NCBI GenBank assembly: GCA_037447605.1
Contig: CM074805.1
Location: 3,939,361-4,003,360 of the forward strand
From: Zygnema circumcarinatum SAG 698-1b
Lineage: Eukaryota; Plantae; Zygnematophyceae
DNA: 64,000 bases
Direction: 5' to 3'
Every line of letters starts with the position of its first letter. Position 1 is the first letter of the stretch. This document shows, piece after piece, positions 1-12,500 of this stretch. The position numbers were made by a program, and so were the translations under genes. Below the pieces are notes generated by a model. The model saw only the letters and a program-made list of their open reading frames with translations, was not told the origin of the DNA and did no database searches.

Positions 1-2110
1 AATTCCTTCCATATCAGACACCTGCGTTCACATGTCTTCTAGAAAATCACAGCAGTTGATCACTGACACACACTTGAACGACTTCACCGAATATTGTCAT
101 CCTCCACAAATGCTGGCAGACAAATATACAGAACATACAATTCATCCTGCGGGTTCAAATTGATGAAACAATGCCCACCTGCAAGCTCATCAAGATAGGT
201 ATAAGAAAAGCCATGGTCTTTCCCGATCCTGTCGGTGCACATGCAAAGCATTCTCTGCCCTGAATCAACCACAACCACATGCATAACACCTCGTTAGCCA
301 CAATTTTGATTATGTCAAAACAGTATCAGATTGGAAGAAAGGGACATTTTGTAACGGGGATGAGCAGTATCGTCCACTTGACAATGCACCAGCACAAGAT
401 TCAATTCACTTACTGATGCCAACGTAGGAATGGCCTGTCTCTGGATTGGCGTTGGCTCTGTATAGCCAGCACCCACAACATTTCTAAGAAGGTACCGCTT
501 GCAACCGAGCCTGCGCACTTCACCAGCATGAGCAGCCACAGAAGACAAATTTGTCAACACTTAACCGCGACTGAAATCGGAAAAAAGTCAGTAACGGACT
601 GCTTCAATTACTCCAAGACATCCTCGTTCAATTTTGAGATACCTGCCAAACTCGACGAGAGACATTGAACTCATCTTGCAGGAACTCGACTGAAACTATT
701 GACTCCAAGGATCGGAAGCTGCATGAACAATGAGGGAAAGTAATTGCGTAACCTTACTTGGTAAGCAGGTCCTCGAATCCCTCTAAAGGAGCTGGCACAC
801 TCTGACCCGATACATGGATTTTGAATTTCTTCCGGAGAATAGCAGCAGCCTGCGGGAAAGAAAGTAAAGGGAGGCATCAGTGAACGACCAATGAATGTTC
901 CGTAATATTATCCCTCGATGTCCCTCAATGTATGGCCTTTTCACGACATACATTCCTTCTCTGCAACTAATTATGGGTGCTGTCCACGACAGTTACGAAT
1001 ATGAGTAAGAAGGAGCCATTACAACAAAAACCGAACCAGAGAAGACACTGTACGACATGACAAGACACAAGCCCTTCTCCATTTGAAGGAAATTAACCCG
1101 CACCTCTATTTTCGCTGAGTCCAGCTTCCGTTGTTCTCTTTCTCCCAGCTTCGACTTTTCAATGACCTTCTTACCCTTGAAGATCGGAATACCGCCAGGC
1201 TCCAGATCTGCACACAGAGAATGAAGAAGTCAAATCACTAAGACACGTTGCAGTAAGACAACGCATTTCGGTTGAAAATGTCAACGTGTAGGGAAAAACT
1301 GACGACAGGAAACAAAACTCAATCATTCAGTATGCAAAAACGAACATTCTGCTTCACTAGGGCTGGTCAACAAAACAGATAATTACCTGGATCCTTTCCG
1401 TTTGCGACCTGCTTCTTCCTCTTCTTTGAAAGGAGTTTATCAAACCCTTCTGTCGAAGATACATTTCTCATCTCTCGATGCAATCTTTTGCGCTGCGGAA
1501 CCTCGTCTGACGCACTTGAGTTAGTTGCCAACTTGTCCACTTCCACCGACGTACCAGCATCTTGAGCTCCTCCGAAAAAGTCCAAGTTCGTTAACAAAGA
1601 GGATGCCGGAGCACCTTCTGTCTCATTATCAGCTTTCCTCTGCGATGACGAAAATCTTCCGAGCATGTTAATTGTTGAGTTCTTGCGTGGCGTCAACAAA
1701 AAACAAAGCATAGGTCCATGCTTTAAGGTACGACAACGACAATACAAATTGTCCTTTTGGAACATTGAGCCAAAACATGCGCCATCAAATTATAAAACGA
1801 ATCACATCTTAACAGCGTTTGGCTCCCATGAAATGCCAAAATCATTCGTGTCACAGAGATTGCAGCTTTCACATTGTATTTGCATAGTTACTGCGTCTCT
1901 CACAAACACGAAGCTTAAGCCTTCAGAACAACAGGAAAGACTCCTTCGCCACGTTCAACAATCATCCAACAATCTCTATTCCTGCAGCCTGACAAACAAC
2001 AAAAAGCATTGAACAACCTCCCTCACCTGGAACTTTCCAATATCGCGCCCAAACTTGGCTCTATCAAAGTGGAGCCCTGCGAACAGAAAGCTCTCAGGCG
2101 CCGTCGCCAT
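1..2110 (-). CDS. RH57: DEAD-box RNA helicase RH57/ROK1/DDX52-like, 5' part (multi-exon; 3' end lies left of the window)
   Basis: Start [28 protein letters not shown] at 2110. Spliced exons give [22 protein letters not shown]-motif [14 protein letters not shown] and motif [16 protein letters not shown] (about 190-260). GT-AG introns. Confidence 0.9.
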
Positions 2111-2691
2111 GGCCACTGCTCCTCCCCTCCTTCTAGCCGAAGCTCCCTCTCTGCGGTCGCCTTGCCCTCCTGCCGCTGCCGGCCCTCCGCCTCCACCTCC
2201 GCCTTCGCCTCCCAGTGCCAGCCTGACTTTAAGCCCTGCTGCAGGGCTCCCTGTCCCTGCCAAGTACGAGGTTTTGAAGGGGTCCAACGCCGATTGCACC
2301 ACGATCCATGCTTCTAGTTTCAGAATCCGTTCTACAGGGAAATCTCTACGGTTTTGTGTGACATATGCCCTCAGGCCCGTAAGCGTTACTACGGACTCCG
2401 TCCAGTGCTATGCTACATGTTCTTTGCTTCAGACGAGAGAAGTTTAGCGTTTCACATTGCTGTTATAGTTTAACAGGCGTTTGTTTGGGTAGGACAACCT
2501 GTGCAAGGGCATCTCCATGTAAATGTGCCCTGTTCAAACAATTTTCCAATCACGGTTTGCCACGTTGGAATTAAATGCTGACGTTTCAGGCTCTGATTGG
2601 CCCCCCACTCCAATGGAGTCCCCTGGGGGAGGGTCGAGGGGTGCAGTTTCTCCACCCATCCCTTTCCGCCGCGGTGCGAGGGACGGGCGCC

Positions 2692-4763
2692 ATGGCGACT
2701 CTGCCGAGCGCAGCCTGCGCCGCCGTGCTGCAGGTGTGCACTGCTTCGCTATTTTTCTGCTGCTCCTGTGAAAATATTTCTCACTGTTTTAACTGAAGAA
2801 GTTTGAAATTGGCCGCTTTGGCCCTTTATATGGCGCATAAACTGAAGCTTTAGTTGTCTAATGGGGTTGGTTTTATTCTCTTATTTAAATGCTGAAGTAC
2901 CTAATCGATTACATTCTCAAACGTGGTTTTTCCGAGCCCACGTTTCCGTAGCACTTAATGAATGGCTTATCGTACGCGAGTCTGCGTAGGCCAACTTTGG
3001 ATGTAAATGTAACACTGATTTTTTATATGCAATCCTTCTGTGCGCAGTACATATTTAGAATCTAGACCTAGCTTGTATCATTTTCTTGATCAAGCTCTCA
3101 CCACCATCTTCAGGGGCCCCAGTAGCTTCTGTACTTTCGTTAGGCTACAAATACAAATGCTCTTTTTCTGTGGTCTTGTTGTCATTCTATTTCTGTTCCT
3201 CCGATTCCTCGCCACTTTGCACTTCGTGTCCTCTTGCTTCGACTATTGGATAAACCACATTCAATGAATTTGTGCCATAGAGTTTTGGAGAATGAGAAAG
3301 AGAGGGAGAGGGATGGAGGGAGGGCGAGAGAGAGAAAGAGAAGGAGAAAGAGGAGACAGAGTGTTTCTAGTCCCTCAAGGAGCTTGTATATTCTGAACGG
3401 CTCATTGCATTTTTCTCCAGAATCCCGTGAAGTACGTTCGACTGCTTCACACATTGAACCGGGTCCCAGCAGTGCATGCGAGGCCTCATGAAAACTCAGA
3501 CCTGAAGTACGCCGTCAACCCCTTCGTTCCTTTCTGCAGTTTGTTCAAATCTTCGAGCTCTCATGGTGCGTTGTTATTCCTATCGTGCTCATGGATAATT
3601 GCCTGCTATTTGATTGGGCTGTCACTTCCCAGTATGAACACAGACTTCCTAGAAACCACTCTTAGAAGATTTCGTAGTGCGGTACTGCGCAAGTGCTGAG
3701 TTCTGGTTTTTGTTGGTGCTCACTGTAGCTGGGTATCAGCAAACCTCTCATCCATATCTTCTTATCAATCAAAATATCAAAGAGATTCTGCTCATTATCA
3801 TCGATTAGTCTTCATAGGCTTTCACCTCAAGTACATCTGAGAAGTGTGCCTTGTAGTTTCAGGGATTTTGTTTGCCAGTGGAGAATTCCCTTGGAGATAA
3901 CCAATCCATTCATTTACTACTTCCGGCTGTGTTAAACCTACATAGCAGGTTTCTGGCTATTTTCCTGCTCGGTAGCTTGTCCTCCAGTGCTCCGCTTGTG
4001 ACAGAAAGGGGGGTTCATGAACTTGTATTATTCTGCAAGGCTGACCTGCTCTTCCGTGAACAGCTGTCGTGGTCGAGAGGCCGTCCGCATGTACGCTGGA
4101 GGGAGCTCTTTCGGTCCGTCTGTCTTGCGGGGTACATGGATAAGCACTGGAGTGGAGGCAGCCAGCAGCTGCCGTGAAGCGCTTCAGAGACACTCAGTTG
4201 CGGAAACGAGCCACAGGGACAGAGTGAGATTCTCTCCCCTCCCTAGTGGTTCCTCTTCTCTTTTTCCCTTTTCCCTTTTTCCTTTCTAAACCTCGTGTCC
4301 TTTTTAGACTAGGTCTGTTTGAGGACTTAGTTGGGCAGATAGCAAGCTAGCTCGAACTACCTAGTTCTTTAGAGCTCCGGGTTTCCGCTTCTATTGTTTT
4401 TCATTAAGTGGGTTCATCAGGTTTCTAATGCATTTAATGAACTTACACTCAATCATCATTGTCCAAACAATCTCCGTCTTGCAGGTTCCCGTTGCTCGGG
4501 GAGGCCGATCTGTCCATTATGAAAGTGAAGACACATTCGTCTACATGGAACCCGGTGAGGAGGAGACCTTTATTTCAGAAGAGGAGCTGCGCACCAAACT
4601 GAAAAGCCGCCTGCAAGAGTGGCCTCGCGCACTCCCCGATGACCTGCGCCGCTTTCCAGAACTTGATGACGCGGTGACTTACCTTGTGGGCTCAGCTTGT
4701 GAGCTTGACTTAGGACCCGGCCAAGGCAACCTTCAATGGTTCCAAGTACGCTTAGAAGGATAG
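2692..4763 (+). CDS. CRR7: Chlororespiratory reduction 7 (plastid NDH assembly factor) with transit peptide; exons about 2692-2733, 4004-4225, 4485-4763
   Basis: Last exon EDTFVYMEPGEEETFISEEELRTKLKSRLQEWP...LPDDLRRFPELDDAVTYLVGSACELDLGPGQGNLQWFQVRLEG* matches the CRR7 domain. Ser/Ala/Arg-rich N-terminal exons join in phase 0. Confidence 0.85.
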
Positions 4764-5610
4764 GGTATAGGGAAAGTTTCAAGGAAGCAGAAGTGTTGCT
4801 TGTCTCACTTCAGTGTGGCTAAAACTTGCGCACTATAGTACAATTCGAATTTAAAGTTAATGTAAAGCATTGCACCGGTTGACCTCCATAAGCATGATAC
4901 ACCCAAGTTGGTCTCACTCTGTTTTTGCATTTGACATTCCCATCCATCTCACATGGGCCACTAAGCAGATGGACGAGGGAATCTGTCGCTTTGAGAAACC
5001 ATCAATAAGAGTGGCCTTGCATCAAGACGACGCAAAAGGGAACACCTATCTGAACAGTTTATGGTTAAAAATGTGACTACTCCTGGCCAGCCTTAAGGAT
5101 GCCCTGCCCGGAAGACTCTGGGTGCCAGCCAATGGCAGCAAAGCAGGGAGATGACAGCAAGCAGACAAGAAAATCTGCCTCTTCCCCTCCGCTAGTCAAA
5201 GGAGGAGCAATTACTGAGCAGGCACACAGGGTCCTGCCCTGTCTCCACACAGGTGCTGGAGCTCTTACGAGTAATTGAACAGCAGATCACATACTCGCTT
5301 GATTCATAACAGCGACTGCAGAAACCTGGCGTGAGCTGATTTCTCAGAGGGAATGCCTCTCACTAGAAGGGTCTCCGCGTTTCTTTCATTGCTGCCTTCG
5401 AGGACTCTTTGGTCAGATATTGTCTTTCCAAGAAACATGGTTTGTGAACTTCTTCACTGGGGATGATCCTCCAAGGACAGCGAACATGTGTGTTACGATA
5501 CAACAGGCAAAAAACAAAGTGAAGTGAAGTCGGTTGGGAGGCTCTGGTCAGCTATAATCCTTCAAACCGCCTTGATTCGTTCTTCCAGGCTTTGATCGGC
5601 CATGACTTGC

Positions 5611-8600
5611 CTAATCAGAGTCCTCAAAAACTTCACCATCATCCGACAATTCGTCGAACGTCCGCATGTCAAGTTGGTAGCGCAGAATACCTCCAATACC
5701 TCCAAACCCTCGACAGAATTGCGATCCTTCTTGTGACTTGTTAGTAACAAACTCGAGAGTGCAGCCGAATTTACGATAACCATCTGCGAACCATTCCAAC
5801 AGGGTCGTTTTCTCCTGAACTTCCAGCTCTGCTTTCGTTTCTTGATCCACAAAATGGGACGAATCTGCCTCTTGTTCCTTATTCAAATGTTTGATTAACA
5901 ACTCTCCAGTAACAGCGTTCTGCAAACAAAAACAAAGATAAGACATCACTGCGTTAGCATCTGCCCGCATAAGTTGCTCCATGATGGAGGCCGCTATAAG
6001 TACATCCTTTCTGTGACTACAATACAATTTACAACAGTACACACCCAACCACTAGTTTTAACTTTAGCCCGGCACTCAAACTCACGCTACAATCATGTTC
6101 CGAGGTTCCTTTCAATGCCCAGCTTAAGCGAGATACAATTCTCCCAAGAATTCCATTGGTTTTAGTGACAGATGAAGAAAGCACATTCCTTTGATGCCAT
6201 CATGGCCGAATTCATTGATCCGCATCCAACTTGGTCCCCATAGCCATAGAAAATCACCTTCAAGGTGTAGCGATTCATATCGAGATTTTCCCACACGATA
6301 AGGGTCTCCACAGCTCCCATTTCCAGTGCCTTTAAGGTATCCTCAACACCGAACACATACTTCCCTGTATCTTGGCTAATCTCGTCAAAGTACTTTCCTA
6401 TTAAGCGTTTCTCCTGCATTGTTGAAAACTTCCCAGACATATTAGAAAACGTAATGAAACCACAACAAGCTGAAAAACAAGGAATTTCACGAGTTGACAG
6501 CCTCAAGGCTATAGGGTAGATTGTCGCTGTCAGGTAGAATTTCACCCAGCCATTCTCTTGAAACTGACTTTTCATATACCAAAGAAGTTCAAGTTTAGAA
6601 GAAACAGAATACATAAAAAACCTTGACCAACAATACAGCTCCGCGACACAGAGGAGTGGTTCCCGCCACGTCTCATCAAAACATCAATCAAATTTAAACT
6701 TTCGCGGCTGCCTGCTCAAGGGAGCATGCTCTCGGATATGAGTAGTTCATCCAAAGCATATAACTGGCCTAGAGAAGGATAGTTAATACATACCTGGATA
6801 AACTTGACATTGGATAAAATTTCTGCTGACAGCTCAATTGCTTGACTGAAGCCATTCTCACCGCCATATGCAACGTCCACTACATTCAGCACCTTGGCCT
6901 GCAAAACGAGCTTCTTCAATCAGGCATGTACAGAAGATTGATTCCAAAGAACGATCGGTAAAACAACCCACAAAGTATAATCCCAGTAGCCAAGAAATAG
7001 GCATAGGCATGGCACAGGGGTAGAATTGAAACTGAATTAGGTGCAACCAAAGCCGTATAGGCCCTATATTGAAAGTCAACTTCTGTGTCTTCGCTACACA
7101 CGCTACAACGTAGATGAAGGAAAATTAGTAATATTTGGTGAATATGCTAGTGAGCAGATTACCATTCCTTAAAACTACAAACATGTATGAACCAATAAGT
7201 TCTAGGAGACCCAAAATGGTCTCTCTTGGTCATACGTAAACAAAAACAGTCGTCTATACGTCAAAACTGTACTCACTTTTTTTATTCATATGCTGTTGCT
7301 TTGCTAGTGACTTTCCTAGGCTTTGCTTACGCAGTTAAGTGAAGAATCAAAAAAGACTCCCTATTGATGAAGACCATAGGCCTAGAAGTAGCAATACCAG
7401 TAGCACCAAGGGCTAGGTACAGATGAGATGCCTATCAGAAAGGCAATTAACACGCACCTGCAATCGCGGATCGAACATGTCTGACTGGCTCAACTCTGTC
7501 TTGAAGTCAGCAGATCCGGCCAGAATGAGACCTGAGACATTGGGTTGCGAGGTCGCAGGATTGATAAAAAACTGAGTAGAAAGCTCAGCCGTTTTACGAA
7601 CATAATTGTGCCTCTTCTCCGTCCTCAATCTTGCAAAACGAAGCGCAGATTGCCCTCCTCGCCCGTGCTTCTTTGGCAAGTCCACTGTGAATTTATGCAA
7701 AATTTCTCGTGAGTTTCCAGTAAGTGTTCCAAATAATGTCCCGTTTCCGTCCATTACAATGAAACCAAACTTCTCGTCTGATTCCAAAAGCTCATTCAGA
7801 GATTCTGTGTGGAACTTGTTGTCACACAAATATAACGAGGCGTTAATTGGTTTGAATGGTTCGAAATCAATTGTAACTTTTTTTTCCTTTCCGTCATCCG
7901 TCACTATTGTGCCTGTATACAGCACAAGTCCGTTGGGGGGCACCTGTCCTCCAGCAGCCCAAAACAAACGCAATATTTCTGCCTGTCAATACTTTTGCTT
8001 CGGCTAATCCAAAACTCCAAAATAATAAAGATGGTACATCTGTACCAGACGTAAGCATCTATGTGCCTCATCGATGTATCGACGATTGACAATCATGGTT
8101 TTCAGAAGTGAAGGCATGAAGCATACTAAGATATGTTTACTTCATGCAGCTCTGCATGAAATTGGAAAATCCCGACCCAGTCTATAGCCAACAAGTAATC
8201 ATCAGCACCGAAAAAACAAAAAGCGAGGATGCCACCTAGGACCCTCATGCATGGCTTCCCATGGCAGCGTCACCAGTGTATCGGCAGTTTATAAGCACTT
8301 ATTTTTCACAAAGAGTCAACCTGGTAAAGCGGACAGCTGCAGAAACAACGCACCTTTCATTGCTGTGGATCTTTTTTTAAAACCGAAAACCAAGACCAAT
8401 CATGGAATCTGAAATTGTAATTGCATCATCTTCAATAATCAAACACTTTTCATCCATGTTTACTTTCAGCTTTCTAATTTCCTCTGCCAATTCACAACAG
8501 AAGCTGCCGGTAGTCAAACCCCGAGAAGGGAACTTCACCTTGTTATATAGCTTCAGCCGCTGCTGTGCAGACGTGATAGCGCCGAGCACTGACTGCCGAT

Positions 8601-8799
8601 TGACTCGATTCTTAATGTTTGATGCGGTTCCAAACTCGTCACCCAACATCTTGGTGACTCGAGCAACCTGATCTCGGGGCGGCATGATAAGCGAAATCAT
8701 TGAAGTGCCGTTACCTCGTGCCGACTCCAGAGCCTTAATCAGTTTTTTAATCTTCCATATTTCTATGTTCTTGTCCTGCTCCTGCCCTCCGTCCGACAT
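5611..8799 (-). CDS. ERF1: Eukaryotic peptide chain release factor 1 (5 coding exons)
   Basis: [35 protein letters not shown] (NIKS region, here NIKN), [13 protein letters not shown] (GGQ), C-terminus [32 protein letters not shown]. Confidence 0.97.
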
Positions 8800-8886
8800 G
8801 GCTCTACCAACTGCCACTCCTCACTCCCTCTCCTTTTGCTGCCACCCCCCTTTCACTCTTCAAACCTACTACAGACGATATACCAA

Positions 8887-9080
8887 CGCAATCCCTCTCT
8901 CGTCGCTACCCCTCCCTCTTCCTCTCTCTCTCTTTCTCCTTTCCCTCTCCTGAACTACTCCCTCCCTCCTCTCCCTCTCTCTCTCTTTCTTCTCTCCCTC
9001 TCCCTCTCCCCTCTCCCTCTCCCTCCCTCCTCCCTCCTCCCTCCTCCCTCCTCCCTCCTCCCTCCTCCCTCCTCCCTCCC
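8887..9080. repeat. CT-rich low-complexity tract including (CCCTCCT)x7 at about 9025-9075
   Basis: Direct reading of the sequence; lies upstream of the eRF1 ATG. Confidence 0.9.
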
Positions 9081-9187
9081 TATCCGCCCACCGTCTGTTT
9101 GCCCCTCCAGCAGGGCCGTCTCCTTCCCCTTCCCGCCGCAACCCAACTTCGGCGCAGGCGCCCCGAACCCTAAAAGGGCCCCCGGTC

Positions 9188-9480
9188 CACGTGGCGCGCG
9201 GGGACTCCGCTCCCGCCACGTGGCGATGTCATCGCGCCGCCGCCCGCTCCATGCAAAGTTAGCTGAAATGTGGGAACAAAACTGTCATGTCACAATTTTG
9301 CGATCATAGAACGCCGCGCCAGACACGCTGGCTACGCATGCCAAGTCAATTTCTCTCCAGATGGGCGCTTACCTTTCTATCCGCTTCCCAATCAAAGAGC
9401 ACCACGTGTGATATAGTTATCCGTCGAACGTGCACTCGTGGCTGTTTAACGGGTTTTCGGACATGAAACCGACACGTGGC
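9188..9480. promoter_or_regulatory. G-box/ABRE cluster in the eRF1-P5CS divergent promoter
   Basis: CACGTGGC at 9188 and 9473, palindromic GCCACGTGGC at 9215-9224, CACGTG at 9403. Confidence 0.65.
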
Positions 9481-9572
9481 AGAAACCCGGGCAAAGCCCT
9501 GAAGGGTGGAGGCTTGAGAAAAGCGTTGGAGCTCAACCTCTCCCTCTCCGCCCTAATCGTGAACTCGCGGCC

Positions 9573-12500
9573 ATGGCGGCCTCCGACCAGTCGCGCGCCT
9601 TCCTCAAGCAGGCGCGTCGCATCATCGTGAAGGTGAGCTCAACTTCACATACGGACTCTCTCGCACAGGTCATTGGCAGCCTTTTGCTAGGCGTGGGATT
9701 TGGAACGCCTGGGCGACGCTTGTACATTTTAGGGTTTGGTTACCGTTAGGGCTACCAAGAGCGTTCGGGTTAAGGCCGGGCGGATTGATACTCAGGAGGT
9801 GTGTTCAAGCACTGTAGGATTTCTTCACTCCAGGTTTTTGGCCCCGCTTATTGCGTCTAAAAGAGTGAGGAGAATCACGACGGCAGAGCCATGGTTGTAA
9901 AATGCATATCAAGAGCTAGGGAATGCTCTTCATCGGTTTATCGGCATCGAGTTGTGAGCATGAGCCGGCTGTCTCACATTTTTTTGTGGTTTGCAACAGG
10001 TTGGCACTGCTGTTGTTACGAGAGCGAACGATAATCGTCTTGCAATTGGACGCCTTGGAGCCTTATGTGAGCAGGTACAGACTCCCCTTCACTTGGAACT
10101 TCGAGAATGCAGGTCCAAATGTGGTGATTTCGGCGTCAATAGGACTATTTTGACAGTGGTGTAAGTTTAAAGTAACTGATACAAGTGAGGCTGGGTAATT
10201 GCGGACCAAGTTCTTTCCTCGTCTTAAACCCGCTTTCCCTCGCATCTCACGCCCCCTCACCCTGCCTTTTTTCCCTACGCCTGTCCTCTTGATCTTCCTG
10301 ACCTCCTTTTGCCCTTTTAACTCACCCCGTAAATGCTGCTTTCCCATGTCTTTCATCAGCTCCTGTCTCGTTCTAGCTTCCGCTAGACTTGTAGAACTTT
10401 AAAGCCGCTTTGCCTGTGAAGCCAGACAGAACCTGGGAGCGATGGGCTAGTTGTAGCGAAGATTCATCACTGGATATTTATTATTTCAGCTGGTAGTGGT
10501 TGAGAATAAGTCCAAAGTACGCTTAGCAGAAGCTCTGCTCAATGCCCTTTCACTGACAAACTGCTTCACGGCTCCTTTCTTGGCTTCAGCGATCGTGCTA
10601 CGTTTGTTCCAGTAGTTGTTCCATTGCGGGAGTGCGGCAGTTGGTCTTCTGCCACGCTGTCTTCAAGCTTTAGTTCTGAGCCAACGTTTCTAATCAGGAC
10701 GTTTCAAAGGTGCAGGTTCATCAGCTCATTCAGGAAGGCAAAGAGGTCATTATTGTCACATCCGGTGCTGTTGGACTTGGGCGGCAGAAACTTCAATATC
10801 AAAAGCTGTTGAGAAGCAGGTAACCCTTGCTAGCCGGAGGAACTCATTTCTTTTGAGGTCCTTAGCGGTGCATCATGCTGATATTTTATTTTACTAGTCT
10901 GAGCACATTGGCATATTGTACTTTTTATATACAGTCAGACTAGCATTTCAGCCAGAAACTTGACTGTCTCAGATGCAAGAAAGCACATGCACAGTTAATT
11001 GCAAACTCGTACAGACATGTGAGGTCAGATTATTTATTGGAGTTTGTGAAGGGCTCCAGTTTTGCAGATTTGCAGAAACCTCAAACGGATTTGGACGGAA
11101 AGCCTTGTGCAGCTATCGGCCAGAGTGGCCTCATGGCGATTTATGACACCCTTTTCGGTCTGGTACTGCTTTTGTCCTCTTTCGCTTACTGCCACTGAAA
11201 AATCCCTTGTGCTGTTTTGCTTTTGCATCGTTGACAAGTTTAGCTGCTTTTGTAATGGCTCAGCTGTCTGTACTCTGTATAGGCAACCAATAGAACAATT
11301 TGGTTGACTTCAAGTTCACTTTAACTAGAAGCGTGGATGCCGTACTGACGTACACCGTCATCACTGTTCCTTTCGCGTTAGAGTGGCAAATAGCATGCAA
11401 TCTGACAGGACACTGTTGAGCGCCATAAGCTAACTTGTCTTACGTCAGAGCTTTGAAATGAGGCTGTCCTGTTACCCTTTCTTGCAAGGATTGTAGCTCC
11501 ATATGACAAATCTATGTGAACCTTTCTCTTTCTTTCTTGGTGCTGGGCATGACTGTGACTAATTTACAGAAAATGTATACCATTGAGTTCCAGCGTCAGT
11601 ATAAATGTTAACAATAAGTGCGACGAAGTTAAGACTCGACCTGTTTTCCCCTTGCTAGTATTAGAGCAGGTCGCTTCAAGTGAGAAAGCTTGCATATTAC
11701 GTAGCAGAAAGATGTGTTTAATAGACGTTTGTTGTTACTTTTGTTCATTGCCTGCTGGGCTTGTACCGCACGTACTTCAGTACTTTCCTACAACTCGGCA
11801 TAATTTTTCGAAGTGAATTATGGACTTCCTCTAATGGAAAAACTGCTGACAGGCTGCTGTCATGTACGCCATTCCAATTTGCTTTAACTGGCTCTAATGA
11901 TTTGACGGTTTTGTAACTTTCTGTTTGCTTTGATATCTGTACAGTTGGACTGTGCGTGCTCTCAACTACTGGTGACAGACAACGACTTTCACAGCCCGGA
12001 CTTCCGAAGGCAGCTTCGGGAAACCGTGGACATGCTTTTGGATCATCACGTGGTGCCCATCTTCAATGAAAATGATGCGATTTCAACAAGGAAGGCTCCA
12101 TATAAGGTATCCCTCACGGCTGAGTGAAGTTCGTCATGCTAGAAGCGCAGTCCACAATGAGAAGGTCTGCCCTCAGCAAACGGATGAATGGCAATTGGCT
12201 AGCAGGTTGTTGAAACCTATGGCCGGAAATTGACACCAGAATTTGAAAATCTCCGAATCTGGAATTCGTATAGGGGAGTGGCAATAGAGTATTCATACAA
12301 ACTGCAAACCCTAACAATAAAATAATTGAACTTCGTTTTTAGAGAACACATGAGCATACATTTGCATTGAAACATTCTGCTAGGTTCTCCAGTCTTCCAA
12401 CTGGAATGTACTGTATGTCCTGTATTCGGGGTATTCTGAAAATGCGGATGCTGTCGGACCCTACAAGGTCGAAGAACTTGCGGGAGCCAAATCCTTAGGA

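Noticed and set aside
3421-3566. Possible extra CRR7 exon (ag...gt bounded, open frame)
   Set aside because: It ends in phase 1 and breaks the frame, while exon 1 joins the 4004 exon cleanly in phase 0. At most a minor non-productive exon.
5175-5187. CTGCCTCTTCCC resembling part of miR408
   Set aside because: Only about 12 nt match and there is no fold-back partner.
12107-12114. U12-like donor GTATCCCT in P5CS (also at 20714-20707 in PRP38)
   Set aside because: One mismatch to GTATCCTT and no TCCTTAAC branch point near either acceptor.
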